The notes below the pieces were generated by a model. It had not been told where the DNA came from. It saw nothing but the letters and a program-made list of their open reading frames with translations, and did no database searches. A DNA stretch of 64,000 bases, taken from Tricharina praecox (lineage: Eukaryota). The position numbers were made by a program, and so were the translations under genes. The stretch is from contig NW_026250416.1 in the NCBI RefSeq assembly GCF_024521635.1, positions 310,001 through 374,000 on the forward strand. The letters are read 5' to 3'. Shown here piece by piece: positions 1 to 10,445 of this stretch (the stretch's first letter is position 1; each line of letters starts with the position of its first letter).

Positions 1-476
1 GGAAGGGCATTGCGGGGGATTGGGTGCGGATTGCTTGGGAGGCCAGATATGGACCGTGGTGGATGTGTACTCGATATAGGTATGCGCGTGTATGTAAGAG
101 TGCCCGGTCGGCCCGGGAAACTGCGACAATGCGGACCGGCGGGTCAATGGCACCAGCCACAGTCGTGACCTCGAATATGATCTCTTCTTTCTCCCGAGTC
201 CCGAGTCTCGAGCATGATGTTAATCCTCCGATCGCTCAGCGGTTCGGTTACTCATCGCTCCGTCTCGACCGGGGCCAGGGTGTGCACTCTACTTTGTAAT
301 ATCGCGATATGTAAACATTCCACCATACATCCGAAGCCGAAGCCTCACCGGAGATGCTTGGCGTCCTTACGTCATAGAAACCAAATCTTAACTCCGCCTG
401 CCGCCAGTTTATTTTTGACCTTATCCCTCCGCTCCGCGCCCTCAATCGTACACAGACCAGATCCCACACGACCGCC

Positions 477-1598
477 ATGTTCGCCCGCACCGCATTCTCC
501 ACCGTTCGCTCTATCGCCCGTGCGGCGCCGCTCAAGCAGGTAAGTTTTACCCCGCGTTTGGCGGGGGAGGTTGAGGAAGGGCACTGACGTTTCTGGACGC
601 AGGGCATGCGCAGCTACTCCGCTCCCGCCGCCGGCGAAGAGAAGAAGTCGCACGCGCTTTTGTACTCGTTGGTGCTTGCAGGTGGCGCGGGTATCGGCTA
701 CTACTTCTACGCGGCGGGCAGCCTGCCCTCCGCCGCAAAGCCTTTGCCGCCGGCGATCCCGGCGCTCACTGGCGACGGCGCGTGGGTCGACCTGAAGCTC
801 GCGAAAATCGAGCAGGTTACGCATAACACTAAGAAGCTGCGCTTCGAGCTGCCCAGCGAAGACCACGTCTCCGGCCTCAAGGTCGCGTCGTGCCTGCTCA
901 CCAAGTACAAGGGCCCCAACGACCAGAAGCCGACGATCCGGCCGTACACGCCTGTCTCCGACGAGGGGGAGCGGGGGTACCTCGATCTCATCGTCAAGAA
1001 GTACGAGGGCGGCCCGATGTCCAGCCACATGCACGACATGAACGTCGACCAGATGCTATCGTTCAAGGGCCCGCTGGTGAAGTACGAGTGGACGCCGAAC
1101 AAGCACGAGCACGTCGCGATGATCGCCGGTGGAACGGGGATCACCCCCATGTACCAGATCATGCGCGCGATCTTTAGTAACCCTGAGGATAAGACTAAGG
1201 TTACACTCGTGTTTGGAAACGTCTCCGAGCCCGATATTCTCCTGAAGAAGGAGATGGCTGAGCTAGAGAATACTTACCCCCAGCGCTTCAGGGCGTTCTA
1301 TGTCCTTGATAAGGCCCCGAAGGATGCTGGCTGGGCGACGGAGGGCTATGTCACTAAGGAACTGCTGAAGACGGTCCTGCCAGAGCCTAAGTCGGGGAAT
1401 ATCAAGGTCTTCGTCTGCGGACCGCCAGGTACTTATCCCCTAACCGTACAAACTTATCATACTGGCCACGATAACTGACAGCTCGCAGGCATGTACAAGG
1501 CGATCTCGGGCAACAAGAAGTCGCCGTCGGACCAGGGCGAGATTGCGGGATACCTGAAGGATCTGGGTTACACCAAGGAGGATGTCTTTAAGTTTTAG
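477..1598 (+). CDS. MCR1: Mitochondrial NADH-cytochrome b5 reductase 2 (3 exons: 477-539, 603-1428, 1489-1598)
   Basis: Exon 1 ([21 protein letters not shown]) resembles a mitochondrial presequence and is followed by a hydrophobic anchor. FAD-binding RPYTP and NADH-binding AGGTGITPM and CGPP motifs are present. Introns are GTAAGT..CTGAC..CAG and GTACTT..CTGAC..CAG. The protein ends ...[11 protein letters not shown]. Confidence 0.95.
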
Positions 1599-1754
1599 AG
1601 CGTTATACCTAGTGTCTGGCGGCTAGATGGCGAGATGGCGAGATGGCTATGTAGATGGCGAGATACCCGAGCGTACTTACATACATACTTGCCTGTGGGA
1701 ATTTCACTTGGATACTACCGTATAAATGTCGTTGCTGTGCGATTGGCGAGGCAT

Positions 1755-1840
1755 GATTGTGGTTCGGTGCGATTGTGGTTCGGTGCGATTGTGGTTCGGT
1801 GCGATTGTGGTTCGGTGCGATTGTGGTTCGGCACGACTGT
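1755..1840. repeat. Minisatellite, 16-bp unit GATTGTGGTTCGGTGC, about 5 copies
   Basis: Directly visible tandem repeat downstream of the MCR1 stop codon. Confidence 0.9.
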
Positions 1841-2000
1841 AGGCTAGAGGGAGGGATATATGATGTGCTCGTCTGGTTACTGGATTGTTCCCGTGCAATG
1901 ATGGTGTCGTTTGTGGCTATTTGATCATGCTCGTACTGGGCCAAAAAATGTGGGGTGTATGCTTTGTTTGATTGTTTGATCAAATGAAGGCGAGAAAGAG

Positions 2001-2816
2001 AACACTAATTGATCTAAACACACACCTTCGAGATCCACACCAACCTTCCAGAAATGCCAAGACTATGCGTTGGGACACCAAATGCCCCGCTCACTTTGGC
2101 TTCAGGATTCATGTGGCGTGTGTGTCCACTCTTTCCGACCGCGGATTGAGTGCCCCGACCGACGAATTCGACGACTATGAGCATGAAGCGATAGAGATCA
2201 ATCGAGCCTCGGTCCCTGGCCGGAGAACTGCACCACCACGGGTGCTACGTCCGAACCTCTGAAGAAGTCTCACCATCGCTTCCCCGCACATCATCATCGA
2301 TTTTATCACTCTAAGAGAGCCTGTTTAGCAGGCGATACGGCGACGGCAGGGAGGAGAGTGAACTCCAGGGGGAGAGCTCAGGGCTTGGCCCAGGACAACG
2401 TCGACCATGACAACCGGCGTTTTGCCAGTCCCGCCTTCGATCCAAATATCTTCGCTGCTATTCATCGGGCCCCGGCCTTGACAGCTATGCAAACCCCGAG
2501 ACGACGATTCCTTTCGAGCACCATGCCGTGTGCGCTAGACTGGTTATGTTGAGGGTAGTACCGAGTGGAGGTATCTTTTGGAGAAGAGGAGGGCTACGAA
2601 GCGCCGCTACAGCGCAAAACCGACAATCCGAGCCTCTTCGGAGGCTCACTTTCAAAATATTGCGAGGCGAAGGGATTTGGCTTGTCATTTCTGTATGGAT
2701 TTGGTGGTGGAATTTCTTTGTCGAAATGTTGTATTGTAGATATCTCTATCGGCCATAACCTTCGGGTTCCATGCTGTATGAACAATCAATCAATCAATCA
2801 ATCAACACTAATTGAT
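2001..2816 (+). mobile_element. 5'-truncated non-LTR retroelement (family B) with (AATC)n tail; insert 2014-2803
   Basis: A 13-bp direct repeat AACACTAATTGAT lies at 2001-2013 and 2804-2816, flanking a segment that ends in (CAAT)5C. Positions ~2275-2527 and ~2769-2803 are homologous to 43193-43557. Confidence 0.8.
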
Positions 2817-3277
2817 TGTCACATACGGCCTTACTAGACTACCACGATCATGATCAAATGCAGATACTAGAGAGAATTAATGTGATTATCCGGATTGTAC
2901 ACCGAGTGACTCACTATGTCCAATCGACACCCAAAAAGGCCAAAGGCCACGTTTCCTAGTCCACACGTGATGCATAGCTCTCGGTCCGGAGCCGCCGCCG
3001 CCACCAGCAAGCACCACGCACACCTTCACGACACTGTACACGCAACACCTGGTGGTGCATTCACATTCACGAACTCCGCTCGCTTTCCCTCGTCTACCCA
3101 GTTCTTCTCATCTGGAATGAAGCTGGATCTCGACCATCTGCCTTGTTTCTAAGTGCAGCCCAGCCCCAGAGTTTACCATCTTAGATACACACACGGAGCT
3201 CGGCGCTTTTACCTTCGTACCTTCGCTCATCCGCGCATAACGCATAACGACACCTACACACACACCTACGTCACACG

Positions 3278-6093
3278 ATGAGGTGGAAAAAACCTTCCAC
3301 GCCGGGTCTAACAGGTGGCTACCCCCTCACTCACGCACGCATAAAACACGTTGTTTTTGTTGTTGTTTCTCGCCGCTGACCACGCGCTCCTCCTCCGCAG
3401 CAGCCCTGCTCCTCGTCGTCGTTGCTTCCACTTCCGCATCCGCCGCCGCCGCCGCCGCCGAACCCGCCGCCGCAGCAACAACTAAATCGCTCGAAGACCC
3501 TTCTCGTACGTCCCGTCCCCCCTCTCCCCCCTCTCCCCCTCCCCACCCACACGCACCCACCAGTCTTACACGCACCAGAACAAGCCTCAAAATATGTCAC
3601 CGAAGCGCGTGCGCTCCTACGGGGTCTCGATCCGGCACCGCACATCTCCCTGTCTGGGTCCGCTTCCTCATCCACGGGCGAGGACAGCGGCCTTCTCGGC
3701 GCCGCGTGGTACTATACGAAGCGGGTGCTGCTGTGGCATGCGGCGGAGTCGCTCGAGGAGCCGACAACGACGACGTCGATGAAGAAGAAGGATGTGGGGG
3801 TGGTCGGAGGGACGGGTGTCCATGGCAGGAAGCTGAGGAAGGCGGTCGAGCTGCTTAATATGGCGGCTGAACCGGGGAATAACGATGCGCTGTTTTTGCT
3901 CGCCGAGATGAATTTCGTAGGTGCTCTCTCATGGGGAGGAGGGGGGGATTGGGGACGGGGTCTAATGGGTGTGTGCGGGCTAGTACGGGAATTGGTCGCA
4001 TCCGAGGGATTACAGCGCCGCGTTCAAGTGGTATAAGCAGCTGGCGGATCACTCGGCGAATGCGACGGCGCAGCATATGATCGGGTTCATGTATGCGACC
4101 GGGATTGGTGGGGTGGTGTCGAAGGACCAGGGAAAGGTGGGGATGATGCTCCGTTGTGATGATGGGGTTTTGCTGATGGGATGGTGATGGATAGTCGATG
4201 CTGCACCATACGTTTGCTGCTCTGGGGGGAAATACACGCTCGGAGATGACAGTGGCTTTCCGACATTACCAGGGGATTGGAGCGCCGAGGAATTGCGAGG
4301 AGGCGGCTTATTACTACCGACGGGTGGCGGAGAAGGCATTGAACTGGTGGGAGTCGGGACCGCCAGGTGGTCATTACCTCCAGAAACATACTTTCCGGCT
4401 GGCGGATGATCAGGGAGGTGTGTACGGCGAGGGTGCGTCGGCGATTTCATCAGGAGCAAACGGCGCGCGTCAGAAGCAATCGCTCGATTCGGCAAAGGAA
4501 CTGGGAGACATCGTCGAATACCTGGAACTGCTCGCCAGGGACGGGAAGCTGCCGGAAACAATCTCGTTGGGCAAGATCTACTACGAAGGGTCGCGGAATC
4601 TTCCGAGGAACATTCCTAAGGCGAAGGAATACTTCCTGCGCGTTGCTCGACAGTACTGGGACCGCGATAGCAAGGTTCGCCCCGGTGGGCCGCAGTATCT
4701 GGGGAAGTTTGCTGGTAGGGCGGCAGGCTACCTGGGGATCATGGCGCTGAGGGGTGAGGCTGGCCCGCAGGACTTTGGACTTGCGTTCAAGTGGTTCAAG
4801 CGCGGGATCGATTGTGGGGATGCGAACTCGCAGAACGGCATTGCGTACATGTACCTGTACGGCTACGGCATCAAGGAGGATCGCGCAAAGGCATCGGCAT
4901 TCTTCAAGACGGCGGCTAGCCAGGACTTTCCGGTCGCTCAGGTCAACTATGCCAAGATGCTGCTCGAGAACGGCGAAATCGAGCACGCCAAACGATACCT
5001 CGAGCTGGCGGCTAGGCACGGAAATGTAGAGGCGTTTTACTACTTGGCTGAAATCAACAATGCCGCTGCGTCCAAGGACCGGTCTTGCGGCCTTGCTACC
5101 GCCTACTACAAGATCGTCGCCGAGAAGGTGGAACCACCGCAGAGTCCGATGGCTTGGGCCAACAAAGCGTATGAGAACGGAGACACGGAGAGCGCGTTGG
5201 TCGGGTATATGATGGCCGCCGAGCAAGGCTACGAATCCGGCCAGGCAAATGTGGCCTACATCCTCGACGAACACCGATCCGCCTTCCCGCTGGAAACGCT
5301 GCTCGCACTGGCCGGGGCTGCTCCCACAAAAACCCCCGAACAGCTCGAGAAGGCTCAACAAGATCAGGAACTGGCGCTTATCTACTGGACACGATCGGCG
5401 AAGCAGGCCAATGTTGACTCCCTGGTAAAGATGGGAGACTACTACCTCTCCGGCATCGGCACGGAAGTCGATCCGGTTAAGGCTGCCTCCTGCTACAGCG
5501 CCGCAGCCGAACACCAGGCATCTGCCCAGGCGCTCTGGAACCTTGGCTGGATGCACGAGAACGGCATCGGCGTATCGCAGGACTTCCACCTTGCCAAACG
5601 CTACTATGACCAAGCGTTCGAGACCAATCCCGAAGCCTACCTCCCAGTGACGCTCTCGCTCTTCAAGCTCCGCCTGCGCGCACTGTGGAACACCATCACC
5701 CACGGCGGCGTCAAGGGCATCGGTCCAGAGCCCAAGAAGAAGCGCGTCAGCTTCAGCGAGTTCCTCAAGAACTGGTACGAGGCCGCCGCCGAGGCCGAAG
5801 CCCAGGTTCTGCACGAGGAGGATGAGCTCGCCGCTGCTGGTGGCGGTGGCGGCGGTGGCGGTGGTGCTGGTGGTGGTGGCCAGCAGCAACAACACCTCCC
5901 CGGCGATGAGTATGGCTACGACGACGCCTTCGACGAGGACATGGCCGAAAGCATCATTATCCTGGCACTCGCCGGCGCCGTCGCCCTGCTCGTCTACTAC
6001 CGCCAGTGGCGGCAGCAGCAGGCCCAGAGACGCGAGGACGAAATGCGCGCGAGACGCGGGGTACCGCCTGCTGGTGCTCCCGCCCAGGTGCCC

Positions 6094-6130
<37 letters not shown>

Positions 6131-6192
6131 CGCAGCCGCCAGTGGGCATATGGGATGATCCCGGGATGCCCGGGTGGGGGATGCCGCATTAG
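3278..6192 (+). CDS. HRD3: HRD ubiquitin ligase complex subunit Hrd3/Sel1L (SEL1-like repeats, signal peptide, C-terminal TM); 5 exons
   Basis: The predicted start MRWKKPSTPGLTAALLLVVVAS spans intron 3315-3400. Multiple SLR repeats are present (AQHMIGFMYATGIG, LVKMGDYYLSGIG, ALWNLGWMHENGIGVSQDFHLAKRYYDQA). A TM segment (IIILALAGAVALLVYY) precedes a Q-rich tail. Three further GT-AG introns lie near 3507-3578, 3917-3983 and 4137-4194. Confidence 0.92.
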
Positions 6193-6290
6193 ATTGTTGT
6201 TCGGGGTAGCTTGATGTATTGTACAGTACGGCTTTCTTTTTTCTGTTCTTTTTCTGTTGTGTGGTTTTTTTAGATAGCTAGGATTCACTT

Positions 6291-6444
6291 GGGATTCATG
6301 GGATTCATGGGATTCATGGGATTCATGGGATTCATGGGATTCATGGGATTCATGGGATTCATGGGATTCATGGGATTCATGGGATTCATGGGATTCATGG
6401 GATTCATGGGATTCATGGGATTCATGGGATTCATGGGATTCATG
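6291..6444. repeat. Perfect minisatellite (GGGATTCAT)x17
   Basis: Uninterrupted 9-bp tandem array about 100 bp downstream of the HRD3 stop codon. Confidence 0.97.
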
Positions 6445-7061
6445 TGAAATCATGAGAATAGATGAGACGGATCACCGCTACTTGCTTTTACTTCACGCAT
6501 GATATATGATTGCGGAGGATGTCTGGTGTACTGGTACATACTGGACGGCTACTGGACGGACGGACGCGCCAGCTGCGGTGCCTACACAGGTAAGCACCAG
6601 ATCCTACGTGGGGTTTGAGCTTGATACATACTTGGTGGACCTGGGGATCCGGAACCGGAGGTCTGGAGGTTTGAGATTCGAGATTTAGGAGATCCGAGAA
6701 AAGGTACTGGTACGTGGCTGGCTGTCGCATGGATAGAGTACTTTCATGTGCCTACCTAGGTACCTAGGTAGGTAGGTGATCCTCCCAGAAGCTGGAATGG
6801 ATATGTATAGTAGGTACTATGGCTTGCCTCTCGATAGTATCATATCTAGGTACATCGGTGCTCACTGCTCGGTTCTTGAGCGTTGACAGTCCAGGCACCA
6901 GAGAACTTTAGTTCTTTGTGAGCTCGAGCCCGACCCCGACGTCGATCGGGGAACTACGGTACGTTTTGTTTTGTTTTGTTTTGTTTTGGTACATACATGC
7001 ATAGAGTACATACGGCCTCACTCACTCACTCCGGCGAGGTGAGGTGAAGCAGCTGGTGAAG

Positions 7062-7475
7062 ATCGGCAAGCGGGACGAGGATGAGGAGGAGGCAAGCCTC
7101 ACATCGGGGGCAAAGCAAGAGTGCCCAGCAGGGTACTGCGTCTGCGGCCGATGCGAGGAAGTAGGGGATGAGGATACGCGGTGATAGTTTCTTGGAGCGG
7201 AAGCGGAAGACGGGGGAGAGAGGCGAGGGGACAGCAGGAGGAGCGGGAATGTAGGCCCACACCGGTCTTTACTGTCAATCTACTTTTTACTTGTGTCGGC
7301 CCGAGGCGGATGGGCAGGAGAATTGGTGTACCGCATCGGACTGGTCAGTACCGGGGCTTTCACCTCGAATGGCCAGGGCGGGCAGGAAACGGAGTTCGTG
7401 GGTTCGCCATGGTCTAGATGCCTAGGCTGCATGCAAAATAAACTAAAGATCTCTCTCTCTATCGGCAAGCGGGAC
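7062..7475 (+). mobile_element. 5'-truncated non-LTR retroelement/SINE-like insertion (family C) with (CT)n tail; insert 7077-7460
   Basis: A 15-bp direct repeat ATCGGCAAGCGGGAC lies at 7062-7076 and 7461-7475. The 3' end ...GTCTAGATGCCTAGGCTGCATGCAAAATAAACTAAAGATCTCTCTCTCT is shared with copies at 43457-43523 (-) and 56553-56611 (+). Confidence 0.85.
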
Positions 7476-7550
7476 AGCGGATTGATATTTATGCTGAGAC
7501 TGAGAACGCATAAGGCTACATAAGGCTATGTAGCATACTCTACCTACGCC

Positions 7551-7598
7551 GAGGATGCGGAGGATGCGGAGGATGCGGAGGATGCGGAGGATGCGGAG
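7551..7598. repeat. Tandem repeat (GAGGATGCG)x5
   Basis: Directly visible. Confidence 0.9.
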
Positions 7599-9889
7599 GC
7601 TAGACTCAAGCGGCCTTCCGCGCTCGGAGGTGGGTCTGGTCCGGTCTGGTTTGGTTTGGGTCGGGCCTTGGACGATGGAAAGAGAGGGTGGAAAGGGAGG
7701 GTGCATGGGGATTTCCAAGGTGTGGATGATGATGAGGGGGGTGAGGGTTGCTTGGGAGGTGGGGGGTGTGGGGGTGAGTGGAGACTATACCGTCGGGAAG
7801 ACGGGCAGGCGATACTCTACATAGCGGGAGACCGGGGGCGGGGGGCGGGGTCCAAGGTCCGAGTGTCCGAGTGTCCGGATGTGGCGCGAAAGTAGTTCTG
7901 GTCGAAAAGTGCCGAGAAAGCGGGGGCCGTGGACTAGAGTACAGGATGTGCCGTACTCTACTTACGCCGGTAGCAGGTACGTCGCGGACTCGCCCGGCTG
8001 GGTTAGTCCGTCCGTCTGTCCGTCCGTCTCGTCTGGCTGACGGGGTTGGGGTGGTGGGCGGGTGGGTGGGTCGGTGGGTGGCGGATATCGTGAGACATGA
8101 GAATATCGCATATCACTACCTCAGTTGCCCGCCGCCGACCCGTCCCGCACTCCGGTTGATTATTAGGTATGTATGTTCTTGGTGGCCGGCGGTGCCTCGG
8201 GAAGTTTATTTCGACCTCGAGACATTCCGCTATGTGGGTACAAACATACAAGTTTGGGATGGAGATGTCTCAGTCCAGTCCGGTCCGGTCCGGTCTCCGG
8301 TGAGTGAGAAGAAGAGTCGAAAGGGGTGGTGGTCTATGCGGATGCGGATGCAGATGCCGAGGTCGTGGCGCTCTTGGAAGTTGCTTTCCCTTTGCTTTTG
8401 TCTTTGCCTTACTTTGCCTTCTCCGGCTTGCTCGCTGGAGTGGCGGATCCAGGAGAGCGGTGGTGCGGAAGCATGTTTAATGGGGTCAAAGTGCGGCGGC
8501 GGAAAGGAAAACTCATAGACGCAGCTGGGATGTGCGGAAGCCTTCGTTAGCATGGTCTTTCCTTCGTAGCAGACACACGTCATGATCACTCGTGTGTATT
8601 CCGGATGGCTCGCGAGTGATGTCAGTAGATCAGCGAGTGATTCCGATGAAACTACGGAATACCATGGCACACTATGTACCAGCACCAACTCAAATTTCAA
8701 ATCAACCCAATTATTCATCCGATTACCACATCCGCGCAACTTTCCTTCGGCCCCCACATGAGATCAACCGTTATTTAAGATTTGCTTGCTTGGTGGGATG
8801 GAAGTCATGTCCGACTTTGGCACCTGCCGGTGAGAGCGGTAATCGGGACTCGGGACGCGTGACATCCCGACTGCTAGTAGAGAGCTGGCTGGGATTTCGT
8901 GCACGTAGCTCTTGTTGTATGCGGATGCCAGAGTCTGAAGGTGGGAAATGTCGGGTTGCCTTGCACCGACATGCTGGGTAAGTGATAGCTACATAGGCGG
9001 GATGAACCACATGTACATACGAGGATGGGGTGCTAGGTGTGTGGGTTACAGAAGCGAGATACAAAGTCAGTGGTCCGGTGTCAGAAGAGCTGGACGGGCT
9101 AGTCAAGAAAACGCCCATGTGATTTTGGGGAGGGGGATCACGAAGCAAGGTTGGCGAGTTAGATCTCGTGATTTCTGATAGGTTCCAAATCCATCTAGGT
9201 AGCACACTCTACGGCTTCGCTTCACAATCGCTGCTTAATATTACTATTCGTCATAGTTACCGCTATTTGGTATTGGCGTTTGCCGAGAGGCTGCAACTTT
9301 GACTAAGGAAGCGGAAGGGGTTGTTCCTTAAGCTAGGTATGTGTCTGGAGAATTGATTCTCCAATGCTTCACTTTCGTAGGCATCAGTTGAAGTTTGGTA
9401 TGCACATTCAGTACATACATCACTACATATACGAGTGCTTAGTTAACCCACTAAGACTGAACAGGCACAAAAACGTCCATCGGATTGCACAAAAATCCTA
9501 AGCCAGCGAGGTGCCAGAGGAACATTATTTGCTCGAAGGCTGGGGCGAAGCGTCAGTCTTCGGTCGGCACCAACATCGCCGTCACCAGCGCCATCATGGA
9601 TTGTCCTCACTGACTGTGCATACCCGCGGATGGTCATGACCAATCGGAGTCCGCCAGTGCCTGAATTGCGATCCAGTTCGCAATTCCCATCAACGGCATT
9701 TACGTGTCCGCCCATCAGCGGCTAAAAGTTCAGCGCTCTACTATAGATCTACGGCATATAGTCGAAGTTGTGGGCGTAGACACGCGGCAGGCGGCTGGGT
9801 AGGTACTTTACATCGGTAGGCGAGCTTTACTTGCGCTTAGTATCCCGAATCACATACCAAAAAAGACACCACCAATATGAAAGACATCG

Positions 9890-10445
9890 GAGGCTTCAGC
9901 CGGAATGCCTAAGCCAAATACGTGGATCAAGAACCTCGTCCCCTCGCTGTGAAGCCAGGAAGACGATGTTTTTGTTTTAGAGGAAACCTGAAGGTAAAAA
10001 CCCCGTCCACGGAAGGGCGCATTCTGTCAGTTTGCTCTGCTCTTGACACTGCGGTTGTGCTCTGCCTCTTGCCACTGCTGTTGTGCTCTGCCTCTTGCCA
10101 CTGCTGTTGTGCACTGCTCCCTTTAAGTGAAGTGAAGAGAAAAGGAGAAGGAGGAAAAGAGGGGGGAGGAGGGGGGTTTTTATACGGGGTGCGGGGCTTG
10201 CAAGTTGGAGCTTTGACGCGAGTGTATTTTGTGTTTTGTGTTTGATGCTTTAACATTAGGGAAAAACGTGTTCCTACCACCCACCAGAACAAACCAGCCA
10301 GAGAATACCTAAGCCGGCAGCGACACCTACTCCGAAGTTCTGTTCCCGTCTCTCCTAGACTCCCACGCTATGCCTTGAGTGCTCACTCGTGACCGGTGCC
10401 CGGCCCGCTCGCCTTCCGCGGGAAGCATTAAGTCTGATACATTTC
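9890..10445 (-). mobile_element. Dispersed repeat family A, about one full unit, reverse orientation
   Basis: The reverse complement matches 42650-43192, 43558-44115 and 52940-53600, including the TATAAAA, the pyrimidine tract, the 23-bp CACAACAGCAGTGGCAAGAGGCA-type subrepeats and the conserved core GAATGCGCCCTTCCGTGGACGGGG...GATCCACG. Confidence 0.85.

Noticed and set aside
1755-1840. Regular short repeats as a CRISPR-like array (also 6291-6444 and 28605-28680)
   Set aside because: There are no unique spacers, no cas genes, and the context is eukaryotic; these are plain tandem repeats.
4450-6453. 667-aa minus-strand ORF beginning with (HES)n
   Set aside because: It is the antisense shadow of the GC-rich HRD3 CDS, extended by the GGGATTCAT minisatellite; no recognisable domain.
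9922-10245. ORF family 'KPGRRCFCFRGN.KVKTPSTEGRILSVCSAL' recurring at 9922, 42913 and 53095
   Set aside because: It arises from nucleotide identity among repeat A copies. Starts, stops and frames differ between copies, so there is no evidence of coding selection.
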